Source of the DNA: Candidatus Latescibacterota bacterium
GTDB lineage: Bacteria > Latescibacterota > UBA2968 > GCA-2709665
NCBI GenBank assembly: GCA_965219995.1
Contig: CBDCOX010000002.1
Location: 1,728,001 to 1,792,000, forward strand
Reading direction: 5' to 3'
Length of the DNA stretch: 64,000 nucleotides
Both the position numbers and the translations under genes were made by a program. Shown one piece after another: positions 60,008 through 64,000 of the stretch. A model generated the notes under the pieces. That model made no database searches, had not been told where the DNA came from, and worked only from the letters and a program-made list of their open reading frames with translations. Every line of letters begins with the position of its first letter. Within the stretch, counting starts at the first letter, position 1.

Positions 60008-62185
60008 ATGAAAAGGTCAACGATTTTCGGCGTCACCTTTGTTTTGATGATCGTCCTGTTTTCGCACGACAGCCTGGCACAGGATCATACACGCCTGGGA
60101 CTGCCCCAGGGGGCCCTAATGCGCCTGGGCAAAGGAGAGTCACGCCTGGTGGCCTGGTCGCACGACGGCACGCGCCTGGCGGTGGGGGGCACGATTGGAA
60201 TCTGGGTTTACGATACTGAAACCGGGACCGAGGTTTCCCTGCTCGCGGGTCATCGATCTGAAGTCGTATCGATGGTGTTTTCGCCCGATGGGACGATCCT
60301 GGCAAGCGCCAGTAGCGACTATACGGTGAGGCTGTGGGACGTGGCAACGTGGCGGGAAAAAAGCACCCTCACAGGACATACCCATCGGGTCAATTCGGTG
60401 GCGTTTTCGCCGGATGGGACCACGCTGGCAAGCGCCAGTACGGACAATACGGTACGTTTGTGGGACGTGGCATCGGGTTTGGAAGAAAACACACTCACAG
60501 GACATACGGGCACAGTCAATTCGGTGGCGTTTTCGCCGGATGGGACCACGCTGGCAAGCGCCAGCCGGGACGAAACGGTCCGGTTATGGAACGCGGCCAC
60601 AGGACACCAGCAAAACACTCTCACAGGATATACGTCAAGTTTCACGTCGGTGGTGTTTTCGCCGGATGGGAAGGCACTGGCGGGCGCCAGTTATGATCGT
60701 ACAGTGCGACTATGGGACGTGGCCACGGGAGAGGAAAAAGGCGCCCTGCCAGATCAAAACTGGTGGGTCGGGTCGGCGGCGTTTTCGCCGAATGGGAAGA
60801 CCATGGCCAGCGGCGGTTACGACAATACGGTACGATTGTGGGACGTGTCAACCGGGTACGTAAACCACACACTTACAGGACATACGGAGACAGTCAGGAC
60901 GGTGGTATTTTCGCCTGACGGGACAACCCTGGCCAGCGGCAGCTCGGACAATACCGTGCGGCTGTGGGACCTGACCACGCAAAAGGAAAAAAACACCCTG
61001 ACAGGACATTCCGGGACGATCAGGACGATAGCGTTCTCGCCGGACGGGACGTCTCTGGCAAGTGCCAGTTGGGATCATACGGCGCGGTTGTGGGACGTGG
61101 CCACGGGGCTGGAAAAGAGCAACCTCACGGGACATTCCGGTGCTACCAGGTCGGTGGCGTTTTCACCGGATGGTGCGACGCTCGCAAGCGGTGATGCGGA
61201 CGATAAAGTGCGGTTGTGGGACGTGGCCACAGGGCTGGAAAAATACTCCCTCAAAGGACATACCCGCGATGTCAGTTCGGTCGCATTTTCGTCGGATGGG
61301 ACCACGCTTGCAAGTGGAAGCTGGGACGGTACCGTGCGGCTGTGGGACGCGGCGACGGGGCAGGAAAAACACGCCCTCAAAGGACACACCGGAGGAGTCG
61401 AGTCGGTAGCGTTTTCGCCGGACGGGAGAACGCTGGCAAGCGCTGGAGGTCGGGACGAAACGGTGCGGTTGTGGGACGTAGCTGGGGGGAAGGAGCAAGG
61501 CACCCTGACAGGACATTTCGGTCGGGTTCTTTCGGTGGCGTTTTCACCGGACGGGACGACGCTGGCCAGCGCCAGTTGGGACAAAACCGTCCGGCTTTGG
61601 GACGTGGCCGCCGGGCAGGAGACAAGCACCCTCACGGGACATACCCGCTTTGTAGATTCAGTCGTGTTTTCACCGGATGGATCCACCTTGGCAAGCGCCG
61701 GTCGGGACAGTACCGTGCGGTTGTGGGACGTGGCCACCGCGCAGGAAAGAAGCACCCTCACAGGACATAGGGATTGGGTCTCCTCGGTGGCATTTTCGCC
61801 GGATGGGAGGACGCTGGCGAGCGGCAGCCGGGACGGTACGGTGCGGGCGTGGGACGTGCCCACAGGGCAGGAAGAACACACATTCACAGCAGATACATAC
61901 TGGATCCCCTCGATTGCGTTTTCGCCGGATGGGAGAACCGTGGCTAGCGGCGGCAGCGCGATTTTAACGTGGGATATGTCGCCGTATGTCGCGCCTCAGT
62001 CCCTTGTTACCGACTTCGACGGCGACGGGGCCGTGGGTTTCCCCGACTTCCTGCAGTTTGCGTCGCAGTTCGGGCAAAGCCTGGGCGACGCCGGATTTGA
62101 CGCGCGATTCGATCTGGACGGCGACGGTACCATCGGATTCAACGATTTCGTGATCTTTGCACGGAGCTTCGGCCAGGGTGGATGA
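60008..62185 (+). CDS. Secreted WD40 repeat protein 6 (15 repeats, most divergent paralogue)
   Basis: QDHTRLGLPQGALMRLGKG N-terminus; DFDGDG/DLDGDG tail. Confidence 0.92.
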   Translation: MKRSTIFGVTFVLMIVLFSHDSLAQDHTRLGLPQGALMRLGKGESRLVAWSHDGTRLAVGGTIGIWVYDTETGTEVSLLAGHRSEVVSMVFSPDGTILASASSDYTVRLWDVATWREKSTLTGHTHRVNSVAFSPDGTTLASASTDNTVRLWDVASGLEENTLTGHTGTVNSVAFSPDGTTLASASRDETVRLWNAATGHQQNTLTGYTSSFTSVVFSPDGKALAGASYDRTVRLWDVATGEEKGALPDQNWWVGSAAFSPNGKTMASGGYDNTVRLWDVSTGYVNHTLTGHTETVRTVVFSPDGTTLASGSSDNTVRLWDLTTQKEKNTLTGHSGTIRTIAFSPDGTSLASASWDHTARLWDVATGLEKSNLTGHSGATRSVAFSPDGATLASGDADDKVRLWDVATGLEKYSLKGHTRDVSSVAFSSDGTTLASGSWDGTVRLWDAATGQEKHALKGHTGGVESVAFSPDGRTLASAGGRDETVRLWDVAGGKEQGTLTGHFGRVLSVAFSPDGTTLASASWDKTVRLWDVAAGQETSTLTGHTRFVDSVVFSPDGSTLASAGRDSTVRLWDVATAQERSTLTGHRDWVSSVAFSPDGRTLASGSRDGTVRAWDVPTGQEEHTFTADTYWIPSIAFSPDGRTVASGGSAILTWDMSPYVAPQSLVTDFDGDGAVGFPDFLQFASQFGQSLGDAGFDARFDLDGDGTIGFNDFVIFARSFGQGG

Positions 62186-62347
62186 GGCGCCGCCGGCAGG
62201 GATGAATCCACTTTCAACTAAAGGATTATCTCCAATGAAAAAGCCTCCGTTGTTCAGCCTTGTCTTTATGTACGCTGGAGATGAACTCAAAGCCGAGCCA
62301 GTCGCGCAGCAAGCGGGCGGCTGGACCGCGAGTCTGCGGGGTGGCTT

Positions 62348-62938
62348 TCAGGAAGGGGCGGTGGGCTGACAGGTGGAACTGACGGCCTGCCACTGGCGCA
62401 GAACCTCAAAGACGAGGACGGCGCTGGCCGCGGCGACGTTGAGGCTGTTTCTGTAGCCGTACATGGGCATCTCAACCAGCTCGTCGCAGCACTCAAGCGC
62501 GTCGCGACTCACGCCGAGACCCTCATCACCCACGATGAGGCCCAGGGGGCGCGGATAGTTCAGTTCGGTGTAGCAGCGGCTGTGCGATGTCGTCTCCAGC
62601 GCCCACACAGGCACCTGGCGAGCGCGCAAGTGCTCAATGGCTTGTAGCGTGGTGGCGAAGTGGCGGGTCTCGATGAACGAGAGGGTACCCAACGCCGTCT
62701 TGTCGAGCTTGGGATGGGGAGGATGAGCCGTGTAGCCACAGGTGTAGATACCCTGCAAGCGACCTGCGTCGGCCATCCGGAAGATCGAGCCGACGTTGAA
62801 GGCGCTGCGCAAATTGTCGAGTACCAGATAGAGTGGGTGCTTGGGCAGGCGGGCGTATTCGTCGACGGGCATCTCCGCGTCGAACGTGCGGACCTCAAAG
62901 CCGGTCTCCTTGCCGTAGTTGCCCGGCCGCAATTTCAC
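62348..62938 (-). CDS. SpoU/TrmH family RNA methyltransferase
   Basis: LDNLRSAFNVGSIFR, GDEGLGV, SLNVA. Confidence 0.9.
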   Translation of the reverse strand: MKLRPGNYGKETGFEVRTFDAEMPVDEYARLPKHPLYLVLDNLRSAFNVGSIFRMADAGRLQGIYTCGYTAHPPHPKLDKTALGTLSFIETRHFATTLQAIEHLRARQVPVWALETTSHSRCYTELNYPRPLGLIVGDEGLGVSRDALECCDELVEMPMYGYRNSLNVAAASAVLVFEVLRQWQAVSSTCQPTAPS

Positions 62939-63972
62939 CCGACTTCCTCCGGGGCGACGGGCCTCTGCTCGGCGGCAGAGAGCCGGGCGGCCTCGATAGC
63001 GCCCATGGTCTGCCGCACGCTCTCGGCGGTGACGGCAAGCTCGGCGCGGCCGGCGAGCGCGTCAGCGATGTTTTCGTAGTAGGAGCGCCAGCGACCGGGT
63101 GCCGTCTTAATGATGGTTTCCTCGGCTGACCTATAGAGACGGGCGTAGTGCTCGGGTGCCTCTTCAGCCGCGTCGATGCCGCCGGCGATCATGGCCTGCT
63201 CCTGTGGGTCAACGCCCTCTTTGACCAGTGCGCCTTCCGTGCCCAGCACGTACCAGCGCGGCTTGGCTTTGCTCGCCAACGACGAGGTTTCCACGCGCGC
63301 TTCGACGCCGTTGGCAAAGTGGAGTACGGCCAGCGCGTGGGACTCGACGTTGATGTTGAGCGGATCGCCGGAGTGGAAGGTGGCGTACACTTTTGCGAGC
63401 GGCGCGTCGATGAGCTGGAGGGCTTGATCGACCAAATGTGCGCCTAAATCGAAGAACTTGCCGCCGCCGTGCTGTGCGAAGCTACGCCAGCCTCGCGGAG
63501 GCCCGTATTGGCCCCAGAACATCTCCAGCACAAAGAGATCGCCGAGCAGCCCTTGCCCCAGCGCGTCTTTAACGGCGAGAAAATCGCCGTCCCAGCGGCG
63601 ATTCTGAAAGACGCTGAGCAAGCGGTCGTGCGCCTGGCTGGCGGCGATCATCCGGTCGGCCTCAGCCATACTCAGGCACATGGGCTTGTCGGTGACGACG
63701 TGTTTGCCCGCTGCCAGCGCCTGAACCGCTTGCGGGGCGTGGAGGTCGTTGGGCGTGGCGAGGACGACTAAATCAACGGCTGAATCGGCCAACACCTCAT
63801 CGAAGTGGCGGAAGGCCTTTACACCCAAGTCGCGCTGAATTTCGTCGCGGGCCTCCGGCCGGCTTGTGGCGATGCCGTAGAGGTTCAGGCCGCCGGCCAG
63901 TCCCACTAGATAGGCGTGGAAGCAGCGGCCGGCAAAGCCATAGCCGATGACGACGACATTGGGTTTTTCCAT
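62935..63972 (-). CDS. Gfo/Idh/MocA family oxidoreductase (IolW/YdgJ-like)
   Basis: IGYGFAG..FH, ATPNDLH, DKP, FQNRRWDGDF, DLGAHLVDQ. Confidence 0.9.
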   Translation of the reverse strand: MEKPNVVVIGYGFAGRCFHAYLVGLAGGLNLYGIATSRPEARDEIQRDLGVKAFRHFDEVLADSAVDLVVLATPNDLHAPQAVQALAAGKHVVTDKPMCLSMAEADRMIAASQAHDRLLSVFQNRRWDGDFLAVKDALGQGLLGDLFVLEMFWGQYGPPRGWRSFAQHGGGKFFDLGAHLVDQALQLIDAPLAKVYATFHSGDPLNINVESHALAVLHFANGVEARVETSSLASKAKPRWYVLGTEGALVKEGVDPQEQAMIAGGIDAAEEAPEHYARLYRSAEETIIKTAPGRWRSYYENIADALAGRAELAVTAESVRQTMGAIEAARLSAAEQRPVAPEEVG

Positions 63973-64000
63973 GATTCTACCTGTGAAACGGGCGTTTTTG

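Noticed and set aside
48731-61887. Long antisense and alternate-frame ORFs (CPVATSH... repeats)
   Set aside because: Shadows of the repetitive GC-rich WD40 coding strand.
48531-62185. Diversity-generating retroelement acting on WD40 genes
   Set aside because: No reverse transcriptase or template repeat in the window; differences between paralogues are not adenine-specific.

Overview
GC-rich bacterial chromosome segment. Protein style suggests a Latescibacterota/Gemmatimonadota-like, possibly sponge-associated organism; this is inference only. 0-35 kb is mostly housekeeping: lepB, rel, mutS, mtaB, rpsA, plsC, cmk, scpAB, gcvH, accBC, efp, bioB, mnmG, smpB, rdgB and a lytic transglycosylase, with three pieces of one ~166-bp MITE family. 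35.7-46 kb is a co-oriented putative acidic-polysaccharide catabolic cluster with two heparinase II/III-like genes, one frameshifted. The most unusual part is 47.1-62.2 kb. It starts with a consensus sigma70 promoter, followed by a two-unit ~116-nt non-coding motif that recurs 10 kb later. Then come a degenerate 10 x ~71-bp tandem array built of 9-bp-phased AATC ladders, a second MITE, and six tandem genes for secreted 14-15-repeat WD40 proteins with C-terminal EF-hand/dockerin-like tails. Each WD40 gene has a related AATC-ladder leader, and sequence variation concentrates at predicted surface positions. No rRNA, tRNA, CRISPR array, reverse transcriptase or recombinase was recognised.
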